NCBI GenBank assembly: GCA_947449315.1 | Contig: CANFRC010000010.1 | Location: 67,154-131,153, forward strand | Direction: 5' to 3' | From: Bacteroidota bacterium | GTDB lineage: Bacteria; Bacteroidota; Bacteroidia; 2-12-FULL-35-15 | DNA: 64,000 nucleotides | In this document: positions 51,885 to 61,291 of the stretch, in pieces | How positions within the stretch are numbered: position 1 is the stretch's first letter | Layout: every line of letters starts with the position of its first letter | The notes under the pieces: model-generated | Databases searched by the model: none | Told to the model about the DNA's origin: nothing | Seen by the model: the letters and a program-made list of their open reading frames with translations, nothing else | Position numbers and translations under genes: made by a program

Positions 51885-52502
51885 ATGAGTTTTATAAGAA
51901 AAACGGCGCTTATTTTCATTATTCTGCTCCATTCCGGTTCAATAGTTGGTCAAAATCAAGACCTAACAGTGATCCTGAAAGAATCTGTTTTAAACAAAAT
52001 GTTCACAGCCATTGGAGATATAAAGGGAACATCTGCTTATTCTTTTATGTTTATTGAAGGCACCTATACGTGGGACCTCTTAAATCCTCAGATTAAGCTA
52101 CATGCCAACAAAGCTGATTTTGTGTCGGATGTGAAAGTAACTGTCGGTAAATACAATTACCTCATTCATGTGGTAGGCAACGTTGAAATTTGTTATGAAC
52201 CGAAAACGAATTTAATCTATGTGGAAATTACGGAAGCAAAATTCCCACTAAACATCCTGTTTTTCGGAAAATTAAAACACCTTTTGGATGTTGACCTTGC
52301 CAGCTATTTTGAAACACCATTTACCTTTGAAGGGCCCTTGACAATTGGAACAGAAATGGTATTTACGATGCCTGACAATACCACGAAAACAATTTACGCG
52401 CATCCTTTAAATTGTGGCGTAAAAATTGCAGAAAAGCAAGTCACCGTTTCAGCCGAAATGGAATTTATAAATCGGAATGCAACCTTAAAACAGGTTAAAT
52501 AG
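51885..52502 (+). CDS. Secreted hypothetical protein
   Basis: Signal peptide (..IVG-Q), beta-rich, TATTTTTG -7 motif at 51857. Confidence 0.7.
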   Translation: MSFIRKTALIFIILLHSGSIVGQNQDLTVILKESVLNKMFTAIGDIKGTSAYSFMFIEGTYTWDLLNPQIKLHANKADFVSDVKVTVGKYNYLIHVVGNVEICYEPKTNLIYVEITEAKFPLNILFFGKLKHLLDVDLASYFETPFTFEGPLTIGTEMVFTMPDNTTKTIYAHPLNCGVKIAEKQVTVSAEMEFINRNATLKQVK

Positions 52503-52525
52503 TCATAACAAATAAATTACATTTT

Positions 52526-53959
52526 ATGCTTCAAATTTTCAAAAAAACACTCACGCTTTTTGCTATTTGCTCATCCACTCTTGCAATTGCAACAAATCCT
52601 GGTTCAGGATGTTCCATAAAAATAACAGCTAAAGGCTTAAAAGAGGGATCAATGTGCTTACTCGCTTGTTATTATGGCGATAAAAATTACATCAAAGACT
52701 CCGCAAAGTCGAATGCGAAAGGTGAAGTTGTATTTGCCAATGCTGAAAAATACCCGCAAGGAATTTATCTTTTCGTTCAGCCCAATAAAAAATATTTTGA
52801 TTTTGTCATGGATGAAGGCCAGCATTTTTCATTAGAAACCGACACACTTGACTTTATTAAAAATATGAAAGTAAAAGGTTCGGAGGAAAACAACTATTTC
52901 TTCGATTACCAAAACTTCATGGGTGGAAAACAAAGAGAAATTGAGCCCGTGCGAGCACAATTAAAAGCGGTAAAAGCAAACAAGGACTCCACTAAAATGT
53001 TTCAAGAAAAAATTGCTGCAATCGACAAAGTGGTGATCGCCTACAAACTGGATTTCATTAAAAACAATCCTAAAACATTTGTATCCAAACTCTTTAAAGC
53101 AATGGAAGAACCTATTGTTCCGGAACCGCCTCTTCTACCAAATGGCAAAAAAGATTCAACCTTCGGTTACCGCTATTTCAAATCTCATTACTTCGACAAC
53201 ATTGATTTTACAGATGATCGTTTACTGCGAACACCCATCTTTCAAAATAAAATCAAATATTATCTTGATAAATTAACGCCGCAAACACCCGACTCAATAG
53301 ACATCTCGTGTGATTACATCCTTGAGAAAGCGCGCCCGAACAATGAAGTTTTCAAATTCCTTTTAGGCTGGATGACCTTTAATTACGAAAGCTCAATGAA
53401 CATGGGATTTGATGCAATATTCGTTCATTTGGTGGAGAAATATTATGTAACCAAACAAGCAACATGGGTTGATTCTACTCAACTTTACAAAGTTATTAAT
53501 CGTGCCTACACTCTAAAACCACTGTTGTTGGGGAAGAAAGCGCCTCCTATTACCATGCAGGATAGCTTAGGAAAAGAAATCTCTTTGTATGATGTAAAAG
53601 CAAAATATACCATCCTTATTTTCTGGGATCATGGCTGCGGACATTGTAAAAAAGAAATTCCTAAATTGGCCGAGCTGTATGAAAAAGTAAAATCAAAAGG
53701 CGTAGAAGTGTATGCTGTTGAAACTGAAGACCAACCTGCTGAATGGAAAAAATTCATTGTAGAACACCAACTAAAATGGATCAATGTTCATCAGCCGGAT
53801 CAATACAAACGTGCTGTCACTAAAAAGATGTACGATATCTACAGCACTCCGGTGATCTATTTACTAGATGAAAATAAACTAATTAAAGCGAAACGAATCG
53901 ACACCGAACAACTTGGCAATTTTATTGATTTGCTTGAAAAAGAAAAGAGTAAAAAATAA
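52526..53959 (+). CDS. Periplasmic TlpA/redoxin protein with DUF4369/DUF5106-type N-terminal region
   Basis: Signal peptide, helical middle region, C-terminal FWDHGCGHCKKE and STP cis-Pro. Confidence 0.82.
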   Translation: MLQIFKKTLTLFAICSSTLAIATNPGSGCSIKITAKGLKEGSMCLLACYYGDKNYIKDSAKSNAKGEVVFANAEKYPQGIYLFVQPNKKYFDFVMDEGQHFSLETDTLDFIKNMKVKGSEENNYFFDYQNFMGGKQREIEPVRAQLKAVKANKDSTKMFQEKIAAIDKVVIAYKLDFIKNNPKTFVSKLFKAMEEPIVPEPPLLPNGKKDSTFGYRYFKSHYFDNIDFTDDRLLRTPIFQNKIKYYLDKLTPQTPDSIDISCDYILEKARPNNEVFKFLLGWMTFNYESSMNMGFDAIFVHLVEKYYVTKQATWVDSTQLYKVINRAYTLKPLLLGKKAPPITMQDSLGKEISLYDVKAKYTILIFWDHGCGHCKKEIPKLAELYEKVKSKGVEVYAVETEDQPAEWKKFIVEHQLKWINVHQPDQYKRAVTKKMYDIYSTPVIYLLDENKLIKAKRIDTEQLGNFIDLLEKEKSKK

Positions 53960-53994
53960 CCCTTGCACTTCGCGATGGTTGACAAAATGAAACA

Positions 53995-54024
53995 AAAATG
54001 TCCGACAGTACTGTTGGACTTTTT
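53995..54024 (+). terminator. Probable intrinsic terminator
   Basis: GTCCGACAG-ta-CTGTTGGAC followed by TTTTT. Confidence 0.6.
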
Positions 54025-54190
54025 ATTTTATTCTACTAACATTGATTGTGTTGCCACTCGAAAAATCGAATTAACAATCTTTATCAACGGTTGTGAAAAG
54101 AAGATTAAACTAAAAAGACCCTTGAATTTATATACAAAAGGACAAGAATATTAAATACCTTTGAATTGCAAATACATCATTCTAAAAAAA

Positions 54191-54700
54191 ATGAACAGTT
54201 ATATAGAGATTATCCTTCGTTCAGTAGTTGTGTACCTATCCATTATTTTATTTATAAGGGTATTTGGTAAAAAAGAACTTTCTCAGTTGTCGGTCACCGA
54301 TCTGGTGTTTATTTTACTCATCAGCAATTCGGTACAAAATGCCATGGTAGGAAGCGACGCTTCGCTTCAGGGTGGTATAATTGCTGCTGTTACATTATTT
54401 GCATTGAATGCGCTGATTCGCTTATTGGTTTTTAAATTCAAACCGATTCAAAATTTGCTTGAAGGCGACCCGATTGTACTAATTTATAAAGGGCAAATTG
54501 CGACAAGCCATTTAAAAAAAGTTAAAATAACATTGGATGAATTGGAAGCCAGTGTGCGGGAACACGGAATTGAAAAAATATCAGATGTTGATTTGGCCAT
54601 CTTAGAAGTGGATGGAAACATAAGTGTTTTGTCGAACAACTTTTCACACCAAACGAATAAAAAAAGAAAGCATCATAAAGGGTTAAATCAAAATATGTAA
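54191..54700 (+). CDS. DUF421/YetF family membrane protein
   Basis: GKKELSQLS..DL, LEG.P, AILEVDGNISV; ATG at 54191 preferred. Confidence 0.88.
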   Translation: MNSYIEIILRSVVVYLSIILFIRVFGKKELSQLSVTDLVFILLISNSVQNAMVGSDASLQGGIIAAVTLFALNALIRLLVFKFKPIQNLLEGDPIVLIYKGQIATSHLKKVKITLDELEASVREHGIEKISDVDLAILEVDGNISVLSNNFSHQTNKKRKHHKGLNQNM

Positions 54701-54717
54701 AGGAAAATCCTTGGACC

Positions 54718-55218
54718 ATGAAAAAGCTACTCCTCCTTCTTTTATTTTTTAGTGCGCCTGGAATAGCGCAAACTGTTGCGGTGCTAAAAGTAACCGACCT
54801 GCAAAAAAGGATCAACAATAATTCTGACACCACTTATATCGTTAATTTTTGGGCCACTTGGTGTTCCCCTTGTGTAAAAGAACTGCCCGATTTTGACAGC
54901 ATCCATAAAATATATGCCGATAAAAAAGTAAAAGTAATATTAGTGACTATGGATTTTAAAGAAGAACTCGATTCCAAAGTTATTCCTTTCCTCAAACAAA
55001 AGAAGATCAAAGCAGAAGTAGATCTGCTGGATGAGATTAACGGAAACTATTTCATTCCAAAAATTTCGGAGAGCTGGACGGGTGCTATTCCAGCAACATT
55101 AATCGTAAACAATCAAACAAAAACCAATCTTTTCTTTGAAAAAAAACTGAATTTCGAATTTCTGAAATCACAGATTGAACTTCTAATGCCTGCTAATCAT
55201 GAAATCCAAGATCATTAA
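54718..55218 (+). CDS. TlpA-family thiol-disulfide oxidoreductase
   Basis: Signal peptide, NFWATWCSPCVKELP, WTGAIPAT. Confidence 0.9.
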   Translation: MKKLLLLLLFFSAPGIAQTVAVLKVTDLQKRINNNSDTTYIVNFWATWCSPCVKELPDFDSIHKIYADKKVKVILVTMDFKEELDSKVIPFLKQKKIKAEVDLLDEINGNYFIPKISESWTGAIPATLIVNNQTKTNLFFEKKLNFEFLKSQIELLMPANHEIQDH

Positions 55219-55867
55219 CATTTCGCTCTTACTTGCTGCTCTTGCAGTATTTATTTACGCCTTCTTTATTTATGACAACAAAAAACCGATACGGAATTTG
55301 CCCATATTCGGAGAAAAGAGCTACGAATCTGTAAATGGAAAAACGGATACGGTTTACCATACTATTCAAGATTTCAGTTTTACGAATCAAGATGGAAAGA
55401 TCATTACGCAAAAGGATGTAGAAGGTTGTGTGTATGTGACAGACTTCTTTTTTACAACATGTCACAGTATCTGTCCGATTATGAGTACACAGATGGAACG
55501 GGTAGCTGAAAAGTTTAATGGGAATCCGGAAGTGAAGATATTGTCGCATACGGTGGATCCCGAAATAGATACTGTAGCACAATTAAAAGCATATTCCATT
55601 AAACACAATGCCGATGCAAAACAATGGATGTTTCTGACAGGAGAAAAAAAAGCGCTGTATGAAATGGCCAGAACCAGTTACCTGCTCAATGCCGACCAGG
55701 GAAATGGCGGTCCAGATGATTTTATTCACACACAAAATTTCGCTTTGATTGACAAAGATAAACGCATCCGCGGCTTTTATGATGGAACCGACACCACCGA
55801 TATACGTCAGTTATTAAAGGACATTGATCTGTTGTTGGCTGAGTATCATTACAAAGAAGGAAAGTAA
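55199..55867 (+). CDS. SCO1/SenC copper chaperone
   Basis: TM anchor, FFTTCHSICP (CxxxC), HTVDP, distal His in IHTQNF. Confidence 0.92.
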   Translation: MKSKIINISLLLAALAVFIYAFFIYDNKKPIRNLPIFGEKSYESVNGKTDTVYHTIQDFSFTNQDGKIITQKDVEGCVYVTDFFFTTCHSICPIMSTQMERVAEKFNGNPEVKILSHTVDPEIDTVAQLKAYSIKHNADAKQWMFLTGEKKALYEMARTSYLLNADQGNGGPDDFIHTQNFALIDKDKRIRGFYDGTDTTDIRQLLKDIDLLLAEYHYKEGK

Positions 55868-55923
55868 ATTTGATTTAAAATAGTTCCTTTTAAAAAATTG
55901 TAACTAAAAAAATAGATGACTAT

Positions 55924-55960
55924 AAAAAAATGCCATTTCAGAAATGAAATGGCATTTTTT
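55924..55960. terminator. Bidirectional intrinsic terminator
   Basis: AAAAAAATGCCATTTC-agaaat-GAAATGGCATTTTTT. Confidence 0.88.
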
Positions 55961-55990
55961 AAAACCTTGATGAACTAATTTTTAACTCCG

Positions 55991-56608
55991 CTACTCTTCC
56001 ACTCTTTTAATAGAGCATCCTACCGATTTAGTAGAATTTGTTTTTACCGCTTTTCCAGTACCAACAGAATTAATAGCATCTTTTAAATAATGTTCTTTCG
56101 CATCATCTGCATCTTTAATGTTATCATCGATAGCACCACGGTATACCAATCCTTTTTTATCGAATAGGAAACAATGTGGCGTGCGGGTTGCACCAAAAGC
56201 ATCCGCAACAACGGAGTTCTTATCAACCACATAATTGAAATCGTATCCCTGAAGTGATGCATATTTTTTCATGGCCTCAAAGGAATCTTCGTCAGCACGT
56301 TGTGCTTCATTTGAATTAATTAAAATAACACCGATCTTATTTGCTTTTGCCAATTTAGCAACCTCTTTTATACGTGCTTCGGAAAGCTTTACATACGGAC
56401 AGGTATTACAAGAGAACATTACAAGAATTCCGTTCTCCCCTTTCGCCTCGGACAAAGTCACTTCCTTACCGCTAATGTCCATCATTTTAGTATCGGCACT
56501 TGGAATGGCCTTACCAATTTCCAGTTCAGGCTTTACTTCTACTATAAAAGCCGTTGAGATCGTTAATGCAACTACTGCAACGCTAACTATTTGAATCGCT
56601 CTTTTCAT
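55991..56608 (-). CDS. Exported thioredoxin/AhpC-TSA-like protein
   Basis: Signal peptide, FSCNTCPYV, GATRTP, YRGAIDD, VGCSIK. Confidence 0.88.
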   Translation of the reverse strand: MKRAIQIVSVAVVALTISTAFIVEVKPELEIGKAIPSADTKMMDISGKEVTLSEAKGENGILVMFSCNTCPYVKLSEARIKEVAKLAKANKIGVILINSNEAQRADEDSFEAMKKYASLQGYDFNYVVDKNSVVADAFGATRTPHCFLFDKKGLVYRGAIDDNIKDADDAKEHYLKDAINSVGTGKAVKTNSTKSVGCSIKRVEE

Positions 56609-56663
56609 TTTTCGAATTTTAAAATTTGAAACATAAATTTACAATAATCAGTCCAAAAAACAA

Positions 56664-57731
56664 TCAATTACTTATTAATTCTTTGTAAACAAACTTTTCT
56701 TGCTGTGAATCAAATGGTTTGTATACATAATACACATAGTTGTTTTTCACTTTGATCTTTTCAACGTATTGATTCATCAATTTAAAAGAGCCTTTTATTT
56801 TACCTGTTTGAAGATCAATATTTTTTAAATAATAAAAACCACCTCTTTCATAAACAGCATAAACTTCATTCGATACTTTATCGAGGAGCAGTGCTCGTTT
56901 CCAATCTTTCCATTTTTTCGGATGGTTATAATCAATGTGAATGGAGTCTAGCAAATTCTGTTTTTTATCGTATTTTAAAATGGCATTGCTATAATGATCG
57001 AAAATACAAACGGTGTCATGAATGATGAATAAAGGAGCATACAAAGGTGTATAAAACAAGCTGGTGGTTAATCCGGTCATGTTGGCTGCCACACGATGAA
57101 AGTCGATGCCGTATTGCATGGCAATTTTCCGAGCATACAATTGCTCTTTCGGCTGCATAAAATAAAATTCCATGTTATATCTGTCCATCAAGGCTTCATC
57201 ACAAACTCTTTTTAGGGGTGCCAACGATTTGTTTGTTCCATTGTAAGCATAATACGTAAATGCAGGATAGTCCTTTTGAAAATTAGAAAAGTAAATATCT
57301 TTCCCAATCGTATCGATACAGGGCATAATAAACTTTTTGTAATCATCCATAGGCAAGGAGGCTAAATTGATCTGCTCATTTTTTAGGATGATTCTGTAAA
57401 TATGATTTTCACAAATCACATGAATATATCCTTGGTAATCTTTATAAAGTTCCTTCGCTTCGTCGGGCAGTTCGAAACAGGAAAGCACCTTTTGTGATTG
57501 ATCAACAAGCATAACAGCAGCTTCCGACATGTTTCTTTTGAAAGTAAGTAGAATCAGTTTATCATCCAGGAACTCATAATCAGCTACACTGTATTTCCAT
57601 GTTCCAAAAACGGTATCCACAATATGTTTGGAAGAAACATCCACCTGTCCTAGTTTGTAGACTTTCTGAGCATTTGCTTCCCTTGAGAAAAAGATAAGAA
57701 TGAGAAATAAGTATAAAATAGAACGCACCAT
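56664..57731 (-). CDS. Secreted hypothetical protein (possibly beta-propeller)
   Basis: Signal peptide ending ANA-Q; aromatic, beta-rich sequence. Confidence 0.65.
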   Translation of the reverse strand: MVRSILYLFLILIFFSREANAQKVYKLGQVDVSSKHIVDTVFGTWKYSVADYEFLDDKLILLTFKRNMSEAAVMLVDQSQKVLSCFELPDEAKELYKDYQGYIHVICENHIYRIILKNEQINLASLPMDDYKKFIMPCIDTIGKDIYFSNFQKDYPAFTYYAYNGTNKSLAPLKRVCDEALMDRYNMEFYFMQPKEQLYARKIAMQYGIDFHRVAANMTGLTTSLFYTPLYAPLFIIHDTVCIFDHYSNAILKYDKKQNLLDSIHIDYNHPKKWKDWKRALLLDKVSNEVYAVYERGGFYYLKNIDLQTGKIKGSFKLMNQYVEKIKVKNNYVYYVYKPFDSQQEKFVYKELISN

Positions 57732-57791
57732 GACCTCCTTTTTTATTAAAGACGCAAGGCAAAATTATTTTCCATAAATTAGCTGTAACAT

Positions 57792-58373
57792 ATGCTTTAC
57801 GACTTTTATAAAATATTGGATATTCCGCGATCAGCCTCTTCGGAGGATATTAAACGGGCCTATCGTAATAAGGCGAAATTAATCCACCCAGATATAAATA
57901 ATTCCCCAAAGGCAAATGAGGTTTTTGTTGTTGTAAATGAAGCCTATGAAACATTATCCGACGATCACAAAAGATATTTATACGACATCCAATTAAACTA
58001 TATCGATGCGGAGAAAGTGAACGCAGAAAGAAAAAAACAATACTATGGCTCCTCGGTAAAGAACGATACATTCTCCAATAGCAGCCATTTTCAGAACGAA
58101 TGGAACAATAGTAGTAAAGCAATTTATCAAGAGAAGACAGATGCGGATTATTACAGACAGTCGCCACTTTTGTACAATCTTTTTTTTGCAAGCGGAATGC
58201 TCATCGGCTTCATTATACTGATCGTGACCATTGTAGGTACGTTTAAGAATTTCTGGCCTTTCCCATTTATCGTCATTGTTGTACCTGGATTTATATTGGT
58301 GCGAGAAGGATGGAATGGAATGATGGGAAAGAGAACAGTAATTGGCGGTATTTTAAAACGATTGAGAAAATAA
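57792..58373 (+). CDS. J-domain protein with two C-terminal TM helices
   Basis: YKILDI...IKRAYR...HPD...NEAYETLSD; hydrophobic C-terminus. Confidence 0.88.
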   Translation: MLYDFYKILDIPRSASSEDIKRAYRNKAKLIHPDINNSPKANEVFVVVNEAYETLSDDHKRYLYDIQLNYIDAEKVNAERKKQYYGSSVKNDTFSNSSHFQNEWNNSSKAIYQEKTDADYYRQSPLLYNLFFASGMLIGFIILIVTIVGTFKNFWPFPFIVIVVPGFILVREGWNGMMGKRTVIGGILKRLRK

Positions 58374-58546
58374 TTGTGATTTCTACCTTATCGGTTCTTC
58401 TCTCACGTTGGGGTCGCTAAATGGATAGAAAACGCGTTTGTTATGAAAAGGAGATGAAGAAGAAAGCGTCGCAGCGGAGGAATTGTATAGGCTTGCTTTA
58501 TATTGAATTTTAATCGAAAAAAAGTAACACATAACGAATGAAAAGT

Positions 58547-58579
58547 AAAAAAAATGCTCTTGGTTTACAAGAGCATTTT
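58547..58579 (-). terminator. Intrinsic terminator after ilvE (possibly bidirectional)
   Basis: AAAATGCTCTTG-gttta-CAAGAGCATTTT. Confidence 0.8.
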
Positions 58580-58600
58580 AGAAATAAAATCAATATTCAA

Positions 58601-59674
58601 CTATCCAACCTTATACATCCAGTTATGGATATCTTCCACTTTTCCTTTGCGGATATTATCTAATTCCTGAGCAACACGGTTGGAGAAGATGCGACCTTCA
58701 ACAGGAGGTAAAACATAGTCTTTACCTTCGTATCCAATTTGAGCGATGTAAGCGATGGTAGCAGCAGTTCCTGTTCCGAATGCATCTTCCAAGGTACCGC
58801 GTTTATGTGCATCTAATACTTCATCGATACTTATTTTCCGTTCCTGTACTTTCATTTTCCAGTCGCGGGCTAATGTTAAAACACTGTCGCGGGTGATCCC
58901 TGCTAATATGGTATCGCCAAGAGGAGGAGTAATCAATACATCATCGATTACAAACATTAAGTTCATGGTTCCAGATTCTTCTAGGTAACGGTGGTTGCGA
59001 GCGTCTGTCCAGATGATTTGATGGTATCCTCTTTGTTGAGCTAATTTAGCAGGAAACAAAGAACGACCATAGTTTCCGGAAGCTTTCACGTATCCTACAC
59101 CACCTTCCACAGCACGGATATAATTCGTTTCAACAAGTACTTTTACAGGCTCATTGTAATATTTTCCTGCAGGAGAAGTGATGATATAAAAACGGTAATT
59201 ATCAGATGGTCTCACACCAATAAATTCATCGGTACCAATTATAAAAGGACGAATATATAAAGAAGAACCGTCGGTATCCGGAACCCAGTCTCTATCTAAG
59301 TGAATCAATTGAGTAAGGCCCTCCATAAAAATATCCTGAGGAATGGTCGCCATCGCCATTCGTTCAGCAGAAATATTAATACGCTTGTGGTTATCCAATG
59401 GGCGAAACAAAAACACTTCACCTTTGTCATTTTTATAGGCTTTCATTCCTTCAAAAATGGCCTGACCATAATGCAACGCAGAAGTTGCAGGACTCATAGG
59501 TATTGGTCCATAAGGCATGATGGTGGCATCTGTCCATTCATTGTTTTTAAAATCTGTATAAAACATATGATCGGAAAAAAGCTTTCCAAATGTAATGTGA
59601 TTGTAATCAAGTTCTTTAATACGTGAGTTCGTAGTCTTTTGAACTTTTATAGCAACCGTGTCTGTCTTAACCAT
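58601..59674 (-). CDS. ilvE: Branched-chain amino acid aminotransferase
   Basis: FGKLFSDHM, LHYGQAIFEGMKA, YIRP, catalytic K in KASGNY, LAGITRDS, GTAA. Confidence 0.95.
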   Translation of the reverse strand: MVKTDTVAIKVQKTTNSRIKELDYNHITFGKLFSDHMFYTDFKNNEWTDATIMPYGPIPMSPATSALHYGQAIFEGMKAYKNDKGEVFLFRPLDNHKRINISAERMAMATIPQDIFMEGLTQLIHLDRDWVPDTDGSSLYIRPFIIGTDEFIGVRPSDNYRFYIITSPAGKYYNEPVKVLVETNYIRAVEGGVGYVKASGNYGRSLFPAKLAQQRGYHQIIWTDARNHRYLEESGTMNLMFVIDDVLITPPLGDTILAGITRDSVLTLARDWKMKVQERKISIDEVLDAHKRGTLEDAFGTGTAATIAYIAQIGYEGKDYVLPPVEGRIFSNRVAQELDNIRKGKVEDIHNWMYKVG

Positions 59675-59866
59675 AAATAATTGTTTTTATGTATTGGATA
59701 AAAATAAGTATTTTATCTATTTAAACCAATTTTATGAATCTTAATTTTAGACGAATCAGGAAAGAATGAAGACTAATTTTAAAAGGGAAGTAGAAAGCAG
59801 TATACTGGGCTGTACCATTGACCTTGTATGAAATTTCTAGGAAAAGAAGAGCCAGTAGAAATACGC

Positions 59867-61285
59867 TTACCTGAATTTGATCTTTCGGGCTGCAAAAAAG
59901 CACATCTTTAACAAAATAAAGCCGTGTTTAAACCTGGAAATATTCGTTCTACCATACGTTCGTTCATGATAACGAATAGGAACCTCCACAATGCACAGAT
60001 TTAATTTGTGTGCGCCAAATAATAAATCGAAATCACCAAATGGATCAATGTCGCCAAAAAACTTTCGGTTGCTAACAAGACGTTTGTAATCTTTGCGAAA
60101 CATCACTTTTGTCCCGCAGAGCGTATCTTTAAAACGTTGGTCGAGCAGCCACGTGAATAACATGCTGAAAGATTTATTGCCTAATAAATTAAGAAAACGC
60201 ATTGCTTCTTTCTCCATCGGATACACCAGACGGGAGCCATTAATAAAATCACCTTTACCGGATGCAATCGCGTGATAAAATTTACGGAGATCTTCGGGAG
60301 CGACGGTCAGATCAGCATCCAGGATCATCAAGATGTCGTTGGAGGACATTTCAAATCCCTTTTTTACTGCCGCATTTTTTCCTCGTTCCGATACCTGACT
60401 ACTTTTGATGCAATGCGTAGCCGCATACTTATTTTTCACTTCTTCTATCTTTTCCCAAGTTCCATCCGTTGAATGCCCTTCCACAAAAATAATCTCTGTA
60501 TGTGTTCCCAATGCGGGCATACGGAGGATGGCATTCTCTATGTTTCCACTCTCGTTGCAGGCAGGGATAATGACAGAGACAGAATAATCCGTATTTAATT
60601 CTTTCGAAAGCGCAGTATTGACGACCTTTGCGAACGTGAAATTATTGATGCTCAACAAACGCAATACAGGAAACTTTGCCAGAAAGCCATTACATATTTC
60701 AGAGATCAGGGGAATATAAACAGGCAAGATCATCCTTCTGGAATTGCGATATACGTGAAATCCAGAGAGGAAAAGTAAATTATTTATCTCCGACAGACTC
60801 AACCAATTTTGATGAGGTGATTTAGTTTTGTAACCAATGCGCTCTCCGAATTTTAACAGCGGCTCCCATAAAAAACTGTAATAGGTAACAATGATCTTTG
60901 TTTGCGGATGACATACTGCTTTTAATCCTTCGAATACCTTCTGAATGTCATCGAGGTATCCAATCAGATTTGAAAGAATGACAACATCAAATTTTTCGTT
61001 CAACTGAATTTCTTCAGCCGCCATCACCTGAAGTTCTAATTCAGGAAACTGTGTTTTCGCATGGGCAATCATCACTTCGCTGAAATCAATTCCCACTTTG
61101 CGTTTGGCTTTCAGGTTGTTCAACAACTCCCCTGTTCCACATCCGATTTCAAGAACAGAATAGTCTTCATGAATAAAATAGCTGCAATACTTAGTGATAT
61201 CGTTCCAGTAGTACGACTTTGCTTTGCGCTGTTTGATGCGCTTCGCTGCAATCGAATTAAAATAGGTCCTTTTGTTTTCTAACAT
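59867..61285 (-). CDS. SAM methyltransferase-like domain fused to a DPM1/GtrB-like GT2
   Basis: N-terminal VLEIGCGTG; C-terminal SVIIPACNE, LDADL, INGSR, DTLCGTK, EVPIRY..R..G. Confidence 0.85.
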   Translation of the reverse strand: MLENKRTYFNSIAAKRIKQRKAKSYYWNDITKYCSYFIHEDYSVLEIGCGTGELLNNLKAKRKVGIDFSEVMIAHAKTQFPELELQVMAAEEIQLNEKFDVVILSNLIGYLDDIQKVFEGLKAVCHPQTKIIVTYYSFLWEPLLKFGERIGYKTKSPHQNWLSLSEINNLLFLSGFHVYRNSRRMILPVYIPLISEICNGFLAKFPVLRLLSINNFTFAKVVNTALSKELNTDYSVSVIIPACNESGNIENAILRMPALGTHTEIIFVEGHSTDGTWEKIEEVKNKYAATHCIKSSQVSERGKNAAVKKGFEMSSNDILMILDADLTVAPEDLRKFYHAIASGKGDFINGSRLVYPMEKEAMRFLNLLGNKSFSMLFTWLLDQRFKDTLCGTKVMFRKDYKRLVSNRKFFGDIDPFGDFDLLFGAHKLNLCIVEVPIRYHERTYGRTNISRFKHGFILLKMCFFAARKIKFR

Positions 61286-61291
61286 GCGCTT

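Noticed and set aside
53963..54154. 63-aa ORF between the redoxin and DUF421 genes
   Set aside because: TTG start, runs through a terminator-like hairpin, and has no motif.
59700..59866. Small ORFs or a GxxExxY-like remnant upstream of ilvE (MKTNFKREVESSILGCTIDLV*)
   Set aside because: The resemblance is too short and weak, and no GxxExxY motif follows.
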